Shown here: positions 1-13,071 of the stretch, in pieces | Layout of the letters: the number at the start of each line of letters is the position of its first letter | How positions within the stretch are numbered: the stretch's first letter is position 1 | IMG/VR virus record: IMGVR_UViG_2563366960_000002 | Length of the DNA: 64,000 nucleotides | Strand: one strand, 5' to 3' | Origin: a virus | Taxonomy: Duplodnaviria > Heunggongvirae > Uroviricota > Caudoviricetes | The notes under the pieces: generated by a model | Told to the model about the DNA's origin: nothing | Databases searched by the model: none | The model's input: only the letters and a program-made list of their open reading frames with translations | Made by a program: the position numbers and the translations under genes

Positions 1-2
1 TT

Positions 3-224
3 ATCTCCGGTGACATTACCGAGGACATGATCGCTGAAGCCATAGCTGGGGCAAATCCCAATAGCTATATGGGATTCGTTAACACCCTTGATGCTCCCGC
101 AAGTGATGTTCTCCGAACGCTGCATCTTTACGCTGGCTGGTTTGTTGATTGGCCAGCAGTAGATGGTGGCGATGAGGACGACGACGATGATTTTGGTGAT
201 CATGTAGACCAGATCGTATATTGA
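3..224 (+). CDS. 3' end of an ORF entering from upstream of the window (partial), acidic C-terminal tail
   Basis: Frame is open from the window edge to the stop at 222-224; tail DGGDEDDDDDFGDH; no family recognised. Confidence 0.3.
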   Translation: MSGDITEDMIAEAIAGANPNSYMGFVNTLDAPASDVLRTLHLYAGWFVDWPAVDGGDEDDDDDFGDHVDQIVY

Positions 225-228
225 AGAA

Positions 229-255
229 ATCCCGCCAATCGGCGGGATTTTTTTT
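229..255. terminator. Intrinsic terminator shared by convergent genes
   Basis: Stem ATCCCGCC / GGCGGGAT with 4-nt loop followed by a T8 run; lies between the + ORF ending at 224 and the - ORF ending at 254. Confidence 0.55.
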
Positions 256-1042
256 AATCGCTTTCCACTTCTTCCGTGGTGTTTTCTTGCAGTTCTGTTA
301 ATGCAGCACGACATAGGTTCCGGGCATTGGCTATAGCCACACTTTTGACTTCATCCGTCATCGTGCAGGTAATGTACTGATCGAGTTCTTCAGCGCGGAT
401 GATGCTTTTGCCAATCAGAAACTGTATTTGCCATAGCAGATCGGCATCCATAATCAGAATTTCTGCCGGGCCTTCAGGGCCAGCCGGGAAGGAAACGTAA
501 GACTGTTTGCCCAGGCCGACAACTCGACAACTTGCTTCAAGAATTGCGCGCTTGAGGTCTGACTTTATAACGGAAACAGGTTGATTTTCACCAGTGATTA
601 CGCCGTTGACATGGAAAGGCATGTAGCTTGAAATACGCTCCACTTTCCACACGCCAGCAAGCGATCCTTCATGCAGCACAATGGGGGTAACCGCGAGTTT
701 CATCTCACCATATAACTGCTGGCAGATAGCTGGATTGCTGAATACATCTAAAGGCTCACATTCAAACAGCGGCGCAATCTGCATGAGGTCCATCATGGTC
801 ATCCCTGGGGTACGAGCAGTAATGAATTTGCGCATACCAGTATCCATTGCGCTCCAGATAGCTACACCATGCTTTTTGCTCACTTCTTCAGTAAAGCCAA
901 GGTGGCACATGATGGTTTTTTCGATAGCCAGATCAGAGATAGAAACCTTTTCGCCAGGTACTCCATCATTATTGATGGTCACTTCGACACTCTGGCCATT
1001 ACGTAGGCGGTATTGAATGGTTTTAGTATTTTGTGCTGTCAT
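254..1042 (-). CDS. Hypothetical protein downstream of ssb (start ambiguous)
   Basis: Track ORF 254-1162 starts on a non-ATG codon; in-frame ATGs at 1156 and 1042. 1042 chosen for its purine-rich upstream stretch; 1156 would give about 300 aa. No domain recognised. Confidence 0.45.
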   Translation of the reverse strand: MTAQNTKTIQYRLRNGQSVEVTINNDGVPGEKVSISDLAIEKTIMCHLGFTEEVSKKHGVAIWSAMDTGMRKFITARTPGMTMMDLMQIAPLFECEPLDVFSNPAICQQLYGEMKLAVTPIVLHEGSLAGVWKVERISSYMPFHVNGVITGENQPVSVIKSDLKRAILEASCRVVGLGKQSYVSFPAGPEGPAEILIMDADLLWQIQFLIGKSIIRAEELDQYITCTMTDEVKSVAIANARNLCRAALTELQENTTEEVESD

Positions 1043-1244
1043 AGTCTTTTCTCTGCTTAAAAACTGATGTATTGCGTCTTCAGGTGGGTTAGGAATGTTT
1101 TCCCACCAGCGAAAGCAATATCTCGGGGTGTTCTGTTCGTTAAAAACGCGTGCCATTGCCAACTTTGGCGTTTTTTAGCGAGTTCGTGCTTTTGTTGGCG
1201 TTTGGACCACCGCTTTTCTTTCAGTCGTTTTTTACTCATAAACT

Positions 1245-1733
1245 CTAAAACGGAATATCGTCTTCAAAGTCCATTGGAGGTTCGTTATTGGCGCTGCTCT
1301 GAGGTTTGCCGCCACCGCTGTATTGCTGGTGGTTTTGAGGTTGGTTTGACTGCCCCCAGCCATTTGAGGACTGTGAATCGTCGCGGCGAGTGCCGATCAT
1401 TTGCATGGTGCCGCCCTGGCTGACGATAATTTCCGTCGTGTAACGTTCTACACCGGCGTCATCAGTCCACTTACGGGTTTTAAGTTTCCCTTCGATGTAG
1501 ACCTGAGAACCTTTTCGTAAATACTCACTCGCAATTTCAGCAAGTTTTCCGAACAAAACGACTTTATGCCATTCTGTTTGCTCTTTCTGTTGGCCCGTTT
1601 GCTTATCGCGCCATGATTCATTCGTTGCGATGCTGAGTCTTCCGACTGCGCCGCCATTTGGTATATACCTGATCTCCGGGTCTTGCCCCAGGGTACCAAT
1701 CAGGATGACTTTGTTTACACCGCGTTGTGCCAC
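1245..1733 (-). CDS. ssb: Single-stranded DNA-binding protein
   Basis: 162 aa; N-terminus [20 protein letters not shown] typical of E. coli-type SSB OB-fold; Gly/Gln-rich linker; acidic tail ending DDIPF; GTG start with AGGT Shine-Dalgarno. Confidence 0.95.
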   Translation of the reverse strand: MAQRGVNKVILIGTLGQDPEIRYIPNGGAVGRLSIATNESWRDKQTGQQKEQTEWHKVVLFGKLAEIASEYLRKGSQVYIEGKLKTRKWTDDAGVERYTTEIIVSQGGTMQMIGTRRDDSQSSNGWGQSNQPQNHQQYSGGGKPQSSANNEPPMDFEDDIPF

Positions 1734-1752
1734 TTTTCTTACCTAATAAAAT

Positions 1753-1769
1753 AAATTAATTAGAGCAAT
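1753..1769 (-). promoter_or_regulatory. C1 repressor operator upstream of ssb
   Basis: Reverse complement reads ATTGCTCTAATTAATTT, one mismatch to the P1 C1 operator consensus ATTGCTCTAATAAATTT; 20 bp upstream of the ssb start. Confidence 0.7.
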
Positions 1770-1793
1770 AATGTATATCTTTGAAACGTGGCT

Positions 1794-1815
1794 AACAAGT
1801 GATTTGCATTATCCT
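1794..1815 (+). promoter_or_regulatory. Candidate late-promoter element upstream of lyz
   Basis: AACAAGTGATT-N5-TATCCT; same motif family (AACAAGTGACT-N5-TAnnnT) recurs upstream of prt, pacA, the baseplate operon and the head gene. Confidence 0.4.
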
Positions 1816-1902
1816 GTGCCTTCTAAAGGGATCGAGTCAGTCGGTATTGGCTGTGAATGAGTGTTTGTCCTGGAGCGTAAAAAATTCGCTTATGAGGTCT
1901 TT

Positions 1903-2460
1903 ATGAAGGGAAAAACAGCCGCAGGAGGCGGTGCAATTTGCGCTATCGCGGTGATGATTACCATCGTGATGGGTAATGGCAATGTGCGAACCAACCAGGC
2001 GGGGCTTGAGCTTATCGGAAACGCTGAAGGTTGCCGACGTGATCCATACATGTGCCCGGCGGGTGTATGGACTGACGGGATTGGTAATACACACGGGGTA
2101 ACGCCAGGCGTGCGAAAAACCGACCAACAAATCGCCGCTGATTGGGAAAAGAATATCCTGATCGCTGAACGCTGTATTAACCAGCACTTCCGGGGCAAAG
2201 ACATGCCCGATAATGCCTTCAGCGCAATGACTAGCGCGGCATTCAATATGGGATGCAATAGTTTACGGACCTACTACAGCAAAGCGCGAGGCATGCGAGT
2301 CGAAACGTCCATCCACAAGTGGGCGCAGAAAGGGGAATGGGTGAATATGTGTAACCATCTCCCTGATTTTGTGAACAGTAACGGCGTCCCCCTGCCCGGG
2401 TTAAAGATTCGCCGTGAAAAAGAACGCCAGCTTTGCCTGACGGGGCTGGTCAATGAATAA
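1903..2460 (+). CDS. lyz: SAR endolysin (lysozyme)
   Basis: 185 aa from ATG 1903 (GAGG Shine-Dalgarno); N-terminal signal-arrest-release segment GGGAICAIAVMITIVMG followed by lysozyme-like domain; length and sequence as P1 Lyz. Confidence 0.9.
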   Translation: MKGKTAAGGGAICAIAVMITIVMGNGNVRTNQAGLELIGNAEGCRRDPYMCPAGVWTDGIGNTHGVTPGVRKTDQQIAADWEKNILIAERCINQHFRGKDMPDNAFSAMTSAAFNMGCNSLRTYYSKARGMRVETSIHKWAQKGEWVNMCNHLPDFVNSNGVPLPGLKIRREKERQLCLTGLVNE

Positions 2461-2707
2461 ACTCCGGCAGCTCCGCCGACTTTCGACAATGAAGTTATCG
2501 CTGGCGGCGATAGTTTTCGACTCGATTTTCATGGCGGTATATGTGCTCAATGAGACGTGGCCACTGGAACCGCTATTATATGCCGGGCTTCGGCTGTGCC
2601 TGACATTTTTGAGCATGGCTGCGAGATTGATGCAGCAGAAAGAAACCGCTTCAGATTGTCCACGCCGCGCGGTGCGCAAATATATGGCACGCAGGCGAAG
2701 GCGATAA
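2453..2707 (+). CDS. Small two-TM membrane protein translationally coupled to lyz
   Basis: ATG overlaps the lyz stop (ATGAATAA); two hydrophobic segments and an Arg-rich C-terminus; lysis-accessory role is inferred from position only. Confidence 0.4.
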   Translation: MNKLRQLRRLSTMKLSLAAIVFDSIFMAVYVLNETWPLEPLLYAGLRLCLTFLSMAARLMQQKETASDCPRRAVRKYMARRRRR

Positions 2708-2718
2708 TAGTTAACGAG

Positions 2719-2746
2719 AACCCCGGCAGCTGCCGGGGTTATTTTT
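2719..2746. terminator. Bidirectional intrinsic terminator
   Basis: Perfect palindrome CCCCGGCAG/CTGCCGGGG followed by TTATTTTT; sits between the convergent lyz unit and pro. Confidence 0.6.
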
Positions 2747-2751
2747 GGTGG

Positions 2752-5482
<2,731 letters not shown>

Positions 5483-5515
5483 TTAATTAGAATAATTCGC
5501 ATCGTGTTTTAACGG

Positions 5516-5537
5516 AATTTAACACTAGTCACTTGTT
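5516..5537 (-). promoter_or_regulatory. Candidate late promoter for prt-pro
   Basis: On the minus strand AACAAGTGACT-agtgt-TAAATT, in the prt/darB divergent intergenic region. Confidence 0.4.
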
Positions 5538-5548
5538 AAGGATTACCA

Positions 5549-8500
5549 ATGAACAAGCTATCTATGGGGGTGTTTCGCTGTTCAAGTGTCAGCGAAATAT
5601 TGAAATACATTAGGGCAATAACATCTCACCGAGCGCCGATTAAATACGGCGTGGAAAAGGTGGAAGGCAAAAGCTATGACCGACTGCGCCGGGAGGCGAA
5701 TCAGAAGGCGATAGATTTGCTTAATTCGCTGGTGGACGGCGCGACACTGACAGATGAACAGCGCCAGATCCTGGCTGGGTACACCGGTGAAGGCGGCATT
5801 GGCGGGTCCGTCTCCGAATATTACACACCAAAGCCGATCGCTGAAGGTGTCTGGGAGATCATGAAGCTCTACGGCGCGGACGTAGGTAACACTCTGGAAC
5901 CATCGGCGGGAACCGGCGTTTTTAATGAGACAAAACCGGTTGGTACGGTGATGACCGCGACTGAGATCAGCAGTGTTTCCGGTCGTATAAACCAGCTGTT
6001 GCACCCGGAAGACAGCGTACAGATTTCTCCGTTCGAACAACTGGCTGTAAGCACGCCTAACGATTCATTCGACCATGTTGTGGGTAACGTTCCGTTCGGT
6101 GGTCGTGATAACACACGCAACATCGATAAGCCTTACGCAGAAGAAACGGACATGGGTTCTTACTTCATGCTCCGCATGCTGGACAAGATAAAGCCAGGCG
6201 GATTCATGTGCGTGATTGTGCCGCCGTCCATTGTTTCAGGTTCAAACATGAAGCGGTTACGCCTGCGCCTATCACGGAAAGCTGAATTTCTTGGTGCCCA
6301 CCGCTTGCCTACCGGTACTTTTGACGCTAACGGGACCAGTACGGTCGTAGATGTGGTGCTGATGCGCAAACATCCGGCAGAGATGGCTGAGAAAATCCCC
6401 CTGGTGGATGAAAGCACTCTCGAATCGGCAAATGTGCTTTGGTCAACGTTTATTTCTGGCAAGTGGTTTGAAAAGGATGGCCGCCGGTTTGTTCATGGCA
6501 CCCAGGAAAAGGGCTTCCAGGGGCGTATTGAGGTTCGTGCCGACGGTCAGATTGATAACCAGGCTCTTAAAGCGAAGCTGATTCATCGTTTCGAAAGCCG
6601 TATCGACTGGTCTTTGCTCGATATGGCTGAACCGTCACCGACCGCAGACGTTGTTGGTGAAGGGGAAATGCGCCTGATTAATGGCGTATGGCAAAAATAT
6701 GCTGGTGGTCGCTGGATTGAAGCTGATGCAGGGAAGGAACTTAAGATCGATGCTGCCAGTTATGGCGCGGATAGCTGGGAGGCTCTTCAGCGTAACCTGA
6801 CTACAACAGAAGGCCGTCTCGGCATGACATTTACCCAGATGGCAAATGTCCGCGATAAGTACACCACATCAATCAGCGACGATATGGTGCAGCTGGTGGA
6901 CTGGATTAACAGCCAGCCTGAAAAATACCGTGAACGCTTGTATCGCGGGGCGATGATTGGCCGGATGTTAATTGAATATCAGGACATGAAGGCCGCCGGG
7001 CATAGTGCTGAACAAATCGAACAGCAGCGCCTTTCTCTGGTATCCCGTTTGCAGGCAGAGATTGACCGTTTTGGTAACCCCGGTCGCGGTCCGATAGCGA
7101 AATTATCGGGGAGCGGTGCGCGCGCCTGGTTTGCTTTCCGTGGTGCAATTAAGCTGGATGGCACTATTTCTGACGAGCTGACAGGAAAACTGGTTACGCA
7201 TGATTCCAGCGCCAGTTATGACTCCACCAGCTATCAGGACACCCTGCGTTATCTCTACAGTGATCTCACTCGCGATCCAATCCAGCTCGATGATTTCCGC
7301 CTTGCGTTTACCGGCGAACTGCCAGCCAGTGATGACGAGTTGCTTAATTTATTGGCCAGCACCCCTGGCATTGCGGTTTCACCGTATGGCGGGATTGTTC
7401 CGTTCGCCCGCGCCACCAGCGGCGACATTAACGAGATAGTGGCACCAAAACAGGAATTCCTTGCCACACTCCCCGACGGTCCAGTAAAGAACAACGTCCT
7501 TAATCAGCTGGCAGCGATCGAAGAGAAGCGCATCAAGACGCCAGCAGAGAATATCCGCTTTAAGCTCAATAGCCGTTGGTTCGACCGTTCCGTCATTCTG
7601 GAATTTTTGCAGGAAAACGGCTATCCGGATCTGCGCTATGTGCAGTCAGTGCAGCTGGAAGGCGACGAAATGGTTTCTGACACCTATCACGGTGGTGATG
7701 GTCTGTTCGTCGGGCACCGATACGGTGTCGTCCAGCGCAAGGATAAAGAAACAGGCGAGATCCGCTATGAGTGGGACCGTAAATCAGGTGAAAACGCGAC
7801 CGGGTTCCCGGCACAGCTGGAAAAGTATCTCAATGGTGCGCGTATCGGTGGCAAAGATAGCGCGACGGCGAACGGCTACCGCGAGCAGATGGCACTGCTT
7901 GAGGACCAGTTCAATAAGTGGATCAAGACGCACGATCGCTACGATGAGTTGGTTGCCAAATACAACGATGTGTTCAATAGCAATATCCCGTATGAACACT
8001 CTGGCGATCCGCTTGGGTTGAAGGGATTAAGCGGTAAGCGCCAGCCATTTGATTACCAGAATAGCGAGGTGCGCCGACTGTCCGAAGATGGGCGCGGCAT
8101 CCTGGGCTTCGGCACCGGGCTGGGTAAAACGACGACCGCGCTGGCGCTTGAGGCGTTCAACTATGAGAACGGTCGCTCCACCCGTACTGCTTATGTAGTG
8201 CCTAAAGCAGTGCTGGAAAACTGGTATTACGAAGCAAAAGAGTTCCTGAGTGAAGAGGCATTCAGTAACTACCTGTTCGTCGGTCTTGATGTGCTGATGG
8301 ATGGCGATCAGATTCGCCAGGTGCCGGTGCTCGATGAGAACGGTAAACCTGTTCTTGGTACTGATGGCACTCCAGTTATGCGCGATGCTCTTAAGCTGGC
8401 AGATGAAGCCACTATCACGGCGCGGATGAACGCGATCCCGCACTCAAATTACCGTGCAGTCGTGTTTACCAAAGAACAATACGCCCGCATTCCGCTACGT

Positions 8501-11500
8501 GATGACACCGTAGATGAGCATGCACAGGATATGCTTTATGACTTCGTTGCCGCCGGGCGCGTAGCCAGCGCAATGGATTCCGATTCCCATCGCAAAGAGG
8601 CGGCGCGTCGCCGGGTATTGTCGGAGTATTCAGATACCGGTACCGAAAAAGCAGAGAAGTATCCGTACTTTGAGGATATGGGCTTCGACAGCGTGATCGC
8701 TGACGAAGGCCACAACTACCGCAATAGCTATAAAAATGGTCGCGAAGCGTCACAGCTGGCCTATCTGCCCACCAGCGCGGTAGCGCAATCGGCGCGAGAT
8801 ATGGCAATCAAAAACGCGTACCTGATGAAAAAGAATGGCGGGCGCGGACCGGTTCTCCTGACTGCAACGCCAGTCGTTAACACCCCGATCGATGCATACA
8901 ACATGCTTTCTCATGTTCTGCCGAAGGAATACTGGCAGAAGATGGGGATCTACGGTCCTGATGACTTCGTTAAATTCTTCGGCAAGACCAGGCTGGAAAC
9001 GGTACAGAAAATCAGCGGTGAAGTTGAAGAAAAAATGGCGCTGGTGGGCTTTGAAAACCTTGATGCGCTGCGCGGTATATTCCATCGCTGGGTAACGCTT
9101 AAAACGGCGGAAGACGTTAAGGATACCGTGGAGATCCCGGAGCTGGACGAACACCAGCAGGATGCTCCACTTACTGAAGAACAACTGGCGGCGTATGAAG
9201 AATTGCGTCAGCAGGCGGAAGCGGCGGCCAAAGCCAACAATGGCGTAACGACCTCGGTCAATGAAGACGGCGTGATTGAGCACGAGAAAGCCCGTCCGAT
9301 CTTCTCAATAATCAGGGATATGGACCGCGTATGTACTGACATGGACCTGTACTATCGCCGGATCACCTATCGTTTCCTGCCGGAGTATGCCGATGCGGTG
9401 CAGCAGCTGGCGGACAGTTTGCCTAAACAAGCCACCAGCGAAGACGACGACAGTGATGATTCAATCACGCAGCAATCGCAATACTCCCTGATAGATAAGG
9501 GCGAGTTTATTCAGTTGCAGGTTCCGGAAGCGTTTGAGCAGGAAGTGAATAAGCGCCTGGCCAGGTTTGGCATTGACGAACAGACCGTAACTCACCCCTT
9601 TACGCCAAAATACGCGAAGCTGATCGCCACGCTGAAGGAGTTTTTCCCGGAAGGTAAGCAAATCATCTTCACCGATGAAAAAACGCAGCACCAGAAGCTC
9701 AAGCGCATTATCTGCAATGCTCTTAACCTTGAACCTTCAAAGGTGGGGATCCTGAATGCTCAGACGGTTGCCGAGGCAGGTAAAACCGGTAAGAAACTGA
9801 AAGCGGTTAAACCGCCGAAAGAGCTACCGGATGAACCAACAGATGCACAGATAGCGAAATACAACGAGCAAATGGCTCTGTATGACGCCTATATCGCGCA
9901 GCAAAATGAAATGTCGCTGGGCGGGCTGGAAAAGATTGCTGCCGACTTCCAGGAGGGCCGGACTCCGATCATCATCTGCAACAAAAAGGCAGAGGTGGGT
10001 ATCAACCTGCATCGAGGAACGACTGACATCCATCATCTGACGTTGCCATGGACTCCAGCCAGTATTGCGCAACGAAACGGTCGCGGTGCCCGAGTTGGCT
10101 CCAACCGTGCAAGCGTTCGCGTTCACTACTACTGCGGCAAGGGTTCTTTCGATGAATACCGACTGAAGACGCTGAAGCGTAAAGCAGGCTGGATCTCCGA
10201 TATCCTCCGTTCAGATAAGTCAGAAATGGAGAACGCCGACGCCAACGATATGATCGAAATGCAGATGTATACCGCTAAGGATGATGGCGAACGTCTGGCA
10301 ATGATGCAGGTTCAAATGGATAAGGCGAAAGCCGCGCAACGCGCTCGCCAGAAAGAACAGGCTACTATCGACCTTCAGAACTACATCAAGGCGCAGCACG
10401 CAGCTGGTGAGGATGTGGAAGCTCTTACCGCTGAATTGGAGCGAAGCAAAGCGGAACTTGAAAAGACCACCGCCGACGTCGCCAAATTCAAACAGGCGGC
10501 AATGGCCAAGGCAGCGGATAACGCAGACTGGAAGGCACGCTGGGGGAGTGTCCATAACGCTGACCGTATGTTGTTAGCTCAGTATCGTGCATCGTTGAAA
10601 AGTGCCATTCAGCGCAAGGCTAATATCTCTCAAGCCATCTCCCGCTATGAGAAATTATTGAACCGTACCCAGAAGGCTGCGACGGATATCAAACGCCTGC
10701 GCCCGCTGGTGGAGGATGCAATAAATAAAGGCATTCTGGATGTTGATCCTGATCTGGTTAACCATGCGAATGAGTTCCTTGTTATCGACGATCGCTCATG
10801 GCGTGTAGGCCAATACTACGATTGTGCCGGTGATATCGTTCGCATTAAGTCGCTGGACTTCGACAGCCAACGCGCAGACGTGGAGATCATCTTTACCTTC
10901 AAAGGTACCAAATCGGGTAACTGGGATGTGAAGACGCTGGATAAACAGGTGGATGTAACTCCCGATGAAGATGCTGTTATGCAGAAAATCAGTGGTGGCG
11001 TCTCCATCGCCGGGATTAACGGCATCATTTCCTGTGACGATTTCTACCGTTTCCAGCAGCGCGGCATGATCAAAATCACTGACTCATACGGCGTTCAGAC
11101 TACAGAGTCAGGCTATAGCATTGATTTTGTTGGTACCTATACGGACCCACTGAAGCATGCGGTTTACCCGGATCGCCGTGACGGCGCGCTGAAGTCGTCA
11201 ATTGCAAAATGGGTGCTTGGTATGATGTCGGAAGGGAATAACCGCCAGGTCCGTTTGGCAGAAGTATTCCTGACTGAACTGTTTGGCTCCAATTATGGCG
11301 ATGTAATCGCGTCATACGGAGATACGCTATCCCCTGAAGCAATTCAGGAGAAAATAGCGGATGCGATCGCCAGAATGCCGGAGAAAACAAGCCAGGGGGC
11401 TACTCGTAACGGGGATTCTGAACTTGAGGTCACCAATGCCATTTTCGGTACCCATGAGTTCCGGGCGTCAGATTATGAGATCACCACAGCACAGTTTGGC

Positions 11501-12316
11501 ACCATTGGCATTTACAGCAATAAAGACGAGATCAAGCAGGCAATGGACGCTGCAAGCGCGCGTATTGCAGCAGAACGGAAAGCCAATCTGAATCATGCAG
11601 TCGCCGCGCTGACTCAATCGTGGGTAACAGCAATCAGGGAGGCCGCCACCACAGGGAAAATCACACCGGCAATTGCGGATGTCGTAAACGACGGCTCTAA
11701 ATTTATGGATGCCTATCAAATGGATGCGGTGCAGTTGCCATCAGCCTATGGCCAACTCAGCTATCGCATGACCTACAACCTGGTATCAATGTTTTCCGAC
11801 CTTGCCATCCTTGGGCTGGTGGACCTTAACGAGGTTACGCCGGAATTGCTCAGCATTCGCAAGAACCATGTGGAGATATTGCACAGAATTAACACGGTAC
11901 TTTCCGGGCGCACCGATGAAGAGAAACAGGCAGACGCTGATCGGATAAACCTGGCCCTTGGCAACATCACGGAGGAAGAAATTGCCGCCAGAAACGAGAA
12001 ACAAGAAGAGTTATCATCAATACAGGGTGATGCCACCAGCATAGCTCAGTCTCTTGGTCTGAATTATCGCGTATCCACCGCCGACATGAAGATGATGTAC
12101 GCACCAAAATTCGCCGCTGGCGAGGTATTTGGGCTTCAGGAAGCCTCCGGCATGAAAGGGGTTCTTTTCCGTGCGAAAGACGCAATCAAGGCGAAATTCG
12201 GCGCTCGCTGGTTGCCAGCGAAGGCGAAGAACAGCGACTTCCCAGGTAACTGGTGGATTATCGAGACAAAACACAACGTGGCGGACGTTCTGGCCGTCAT
12301 CCAACAATACGCATAA
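5549..12316 (+). CDS. darB: DarB-like giant methyltransferase-helicase (defence against restriction)
   Basis: 2255 aa; N-terminal adenine-methyltransferase-like motif DHVVGNVPFG; SF2 helicase motifs GFGTGLGKTT, DEGHNY, QRNGRGARVG; size and architecture of P1 DarB; AAGGA Shine-Dalgarno. Confidence 0.9.
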   Translation: MNKLSMGVFRCSSVSEILKYIRAITSHRAPIKYGVEKVEGKSYDRLRREANQKAIDLLNSLVDGATLTDEQRQILAGYTGEGGIGGSVSEYYTPKPIAEGVWEIMKLYGADVGNTLEPSAGTGVFNETKPVGTVMTATEISSVSGRINQLLHPEDSVQISPFEQLAVSTPNDSFDHVVGNVPFGGRDNTRNIDKPYAEETDMGSYFMLRMLDKIKPGGFMCVIVPPSIVSGSNMKRLRLRLSRKAEFLGAHRLPTGTFDANGTSTVVDVVLMRKHPAEMAEKIPLVDESTLESANVLWSTFISGKWFEKDGRRFVHGTQEKGFQGRIEVRADGQIDNQALKAKLIHRFESRIDWSLLDMAEPSPTADVVGEGEMRLINGVWQKYAGGRWIEADAGKELKIDAASYGADSWEALQRNLTTTEGRLGMTFTQMANVRDKYTTSISDDMVQLVDWINSQPEKYRERLYRGAMIGRMLIEYQDMKAAGHSAEQIEQQRLSLVSRLQAEIDRFGNPGRGPIAKLSGSGARAWFAFRGAIKLDGTISDELTGKLVTHDSSASYDSTSYQDTLRYLYSDLTRDPIQLDDFRLAFTGELPASDDELLNLLASTPGIAVSPYGGIVPFARATSGDINEIVAPKQEFLATLPDGPVKNNVLNQLAAIEEKRIKTPAENIRFKLNSRWFDRSVILEFLQENGYPDLRYVQSVQLEGDEMVSDTYHGGDGLFVGHRYGVVQRKDKETGEIRYEWDRKSGENATGFPAQLEKYLNGARIGGKDSATANGYREQMALLEDQFNKWIKTHDRYDELVAKYNDVFNSNIPYEHSGDPLGLKGLSGKRQPFDYQNSEVRRLSEDGRGILGFGTGLGKTTTALALEAFNYENGRSTRTAYVVPKAVLENWYYEAKEFLSEEAFSNYLFVGLDVLMDGDQIRQVPVLDENGKPVLGTDGTPVMRDALKLADEATITARMNAIPHSNYRAVVFTKEQYARIPLRDDTVDEHAQDMLYDFVAAGRVASAMDSDSHRKEAARRRVLSEYSDTGTEKAEKYPYFEDMGFDSVIADEGHNYRNSYKNGREASQLAYLPTSAVAQSARDMAIKNAYLMKKNGGRGPVLLTATPVVNTPIDAYNMLSHVLPKEYWQKMGIYGPDDFVKFFGKTRLETVQKISGEVEEKMALVGFENLDALRGIFHRWVTLKTAEDVKDTVEIPELDEHQQDAPLTEEQLAAYEELRQQAEAAAKANNGVTTSVNEDGVIEHEKARPIFSIIRDMDRVCTDMDLYYRRITYRFLPEYADAVQQLADSLPKQATSEDDDSDDSITQQSQYSLIDKGEFIQLQVPEAFEQEVNKRLARFGIDEQTVTHPFTPKYAKLIATLKEFFPEGKQIIFTDEKTQHQKLKRIICNALNLEPSKVGILNAQTVAEAGKTGKKLKAVKPPKELPDEPTDAQIAKYNEQMALYDAYIAQQNEMSLGGLEKIAADFQEGRTPIIICNKKAEVGINLHRGTTDIHHLTLPWTPASIAQRNGRGARVGSNRASVRVHYYCGKGSFDEYRLKTLKRKAGWISDILRSDKSEMENADANDMIEMQMYTAKDDGERLAMMQVQMDKAKAAQRARQKEQATIDLQNYIKAQHAAGEDVEALTAELERSKAELEKTTADVAKFKQAAMAKAADNADWKARWGSVHNADRMLLAQYRASLKSAIQRKANISQAISRYEKLLNRTQKAATDIKRLRPLVEDAINKGILDVDPDLVNHANEFLVIDDRSWRVGQYYDCAGDIVRIKSLDFDSQRADVEIIFTFKGTKSGNWDVKTLDKQVDVTPDEDAVMQKISGGVSIAGINGIISCDDFYRFQQRGMIKITDSYGVQTTESGYSIDFVGTYTDPLKHAVYPDRRDGALKSSIAKWVLGMMSEGNNRQVRLAEVFLTELFGSNYGDVIASYGDTLSPEAIQEKIADAIARMPEKTSQGATRNGDSELEVTNAIFGTHEFRASDYEITTAQFGTIGIYSNKDEIKQAMDAASARIAAERKANLNHAVAALTQSWVTAIREAATTGKITPAIADVVNDGSKFMDAYQMDAVQLPSAYGQLSYRMTYNLVSMFSDLAILGLVDLNEVTPELLSIRKNHVEILHRINTVLSGRTDEEKQADADRINLALGNITEEEIAARNEKQEELSSIQGDATSIAQSLGLNYRVSTADMKMMYAPKFAAGEVFGLQEASGMKGVLFRAKDAIKAKFGARWLPAKAKNSDFPGNWWIIETKHNVADVLAVIQQYA

Positions 12317-12349
12317 CAGGAGCGCCCGGTTCGCCGGGCGTCGCATAAT

Positions 12350-12790
12350 ATGGCCACACTATCTGATACAATAAAACCGAATAAAACATATCTTGAGGCG
12401 GTACTGCGTACGGCGTTGTTAGGAAAGACAGAAGACGAATACGTTGATTTCTTCCTGTCAGGGCTACGCGGGCGATTACTGAAAAATCCCCGCCTGTACC
12501 GCAGCTATGGTCCATACTGGCCGGAAATTAAAAAATTATTACTGGAGCGCGGTTATGGTAATTTCGGTCGTCTCGTTGACCGTGACGTTCGCAAAATTTA
12601 CCGTTATGACCGCCCGGCGCTAACACTCATAGCCGCGACGCTCTACAGCCAGGAGCGTTTTGATAATGGTCAGATATACTCAGCCTGGCATTTACTGCCA
12701 GTGCCTGAAGAAGTTGACGACCAGGACTATGAGTTTGAGTCTTACGATTTGGAAGTTGAAGCCTTGGCACAGGCTGGAGAGAAAACTTGA
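12350..12790 (+). CDS. ulx: Ulx-like protein
   Basis: 146 aa directly downstream of darB and overlapping the start of lxc; named by size and synteny. Confidence 0.6.
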   Translation: MATLSDTIKPNKTYLEAVLRTALLGKTEDEYVDFFLSGLRGRLLKNPRLYRSYGPYWPEIKKLLLERGYGNFGRLVDRDVRKIYRYDRPALTLIAATLYSQERFDNGQIYSAWHLLPVPEEVDDQDYEFESYDLEVEALAQAGEKT

Positions 12791-13035
12791 AAAAGCGATA
12801 CTACACAGTAAAGCATGGGACGCTACGAGCATTACAAGAGTTTGCTGACAAGCATAACGTTGAGGTGCGCAGGGAAGGGGGAAGTAAAGCTCTGCGCATG
12901 TACCGTCCGGACGGGAAATGGCGTACGGTCGTCGATTTCAAAACTAACAGCGTTCCCCAGGGCGTCCGCGACCGGGCATTCGAAGAATGGGAGCAAATCA
13001 TCATAGATAATGCATTGCTCCTGAATGCAGATTGA
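12787..13035 (+). CDS. lxc: Lxc/Bof-like C1 co-repressor
   Basis: 82 codons with TTG start, as recalled for P1 bof/lxc; position after ulx. Confidence 0.65.
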   Translation: MKKRYYTVKHGTLRALQEFADKHNVEVRREGGSKALRMYRPDGKWRTVVDFKTNSVPQGVRDRAFEEWEQIIIDNALLLNAD

Positions 13036-13036
13036 C

Positions 13037-13065
13037 AATTTTGCCCGGAATTACCGGGCAAAATT
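13037..13065. terminator. Perfect palindrome between convergent lxc and the RSH gene (putative bidirectional terminator)
   Basis: AATTTTGCCCGG-aatta-CCGGGCAAAATT, 12-bp arms; no clean U-tract so terminator function is uncertain. Confidence 0.4.
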
Positions 13066-13071
13066 AAGCAA

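Noticed and set aside
1057-1239. 60-aa K/R-rich ORF immediately downstream of ssb
   Set aside because: No Shine-Dalgarno; composition looks like a frame artefact of purine-rich sequence; overlaps the alternative start of the neighbouring gene. Not excluded, but unsupported.
5582-12346. Many 60-180-aa ORFs on the minus strand and in alternative frames inside darB
   Set aside because: All lie wholly within a 2255-aa gene with conserved enzymatic motifs; they lack ribosome-binding sites and are typical antisense artefacts of a long GC-balanced ORF.
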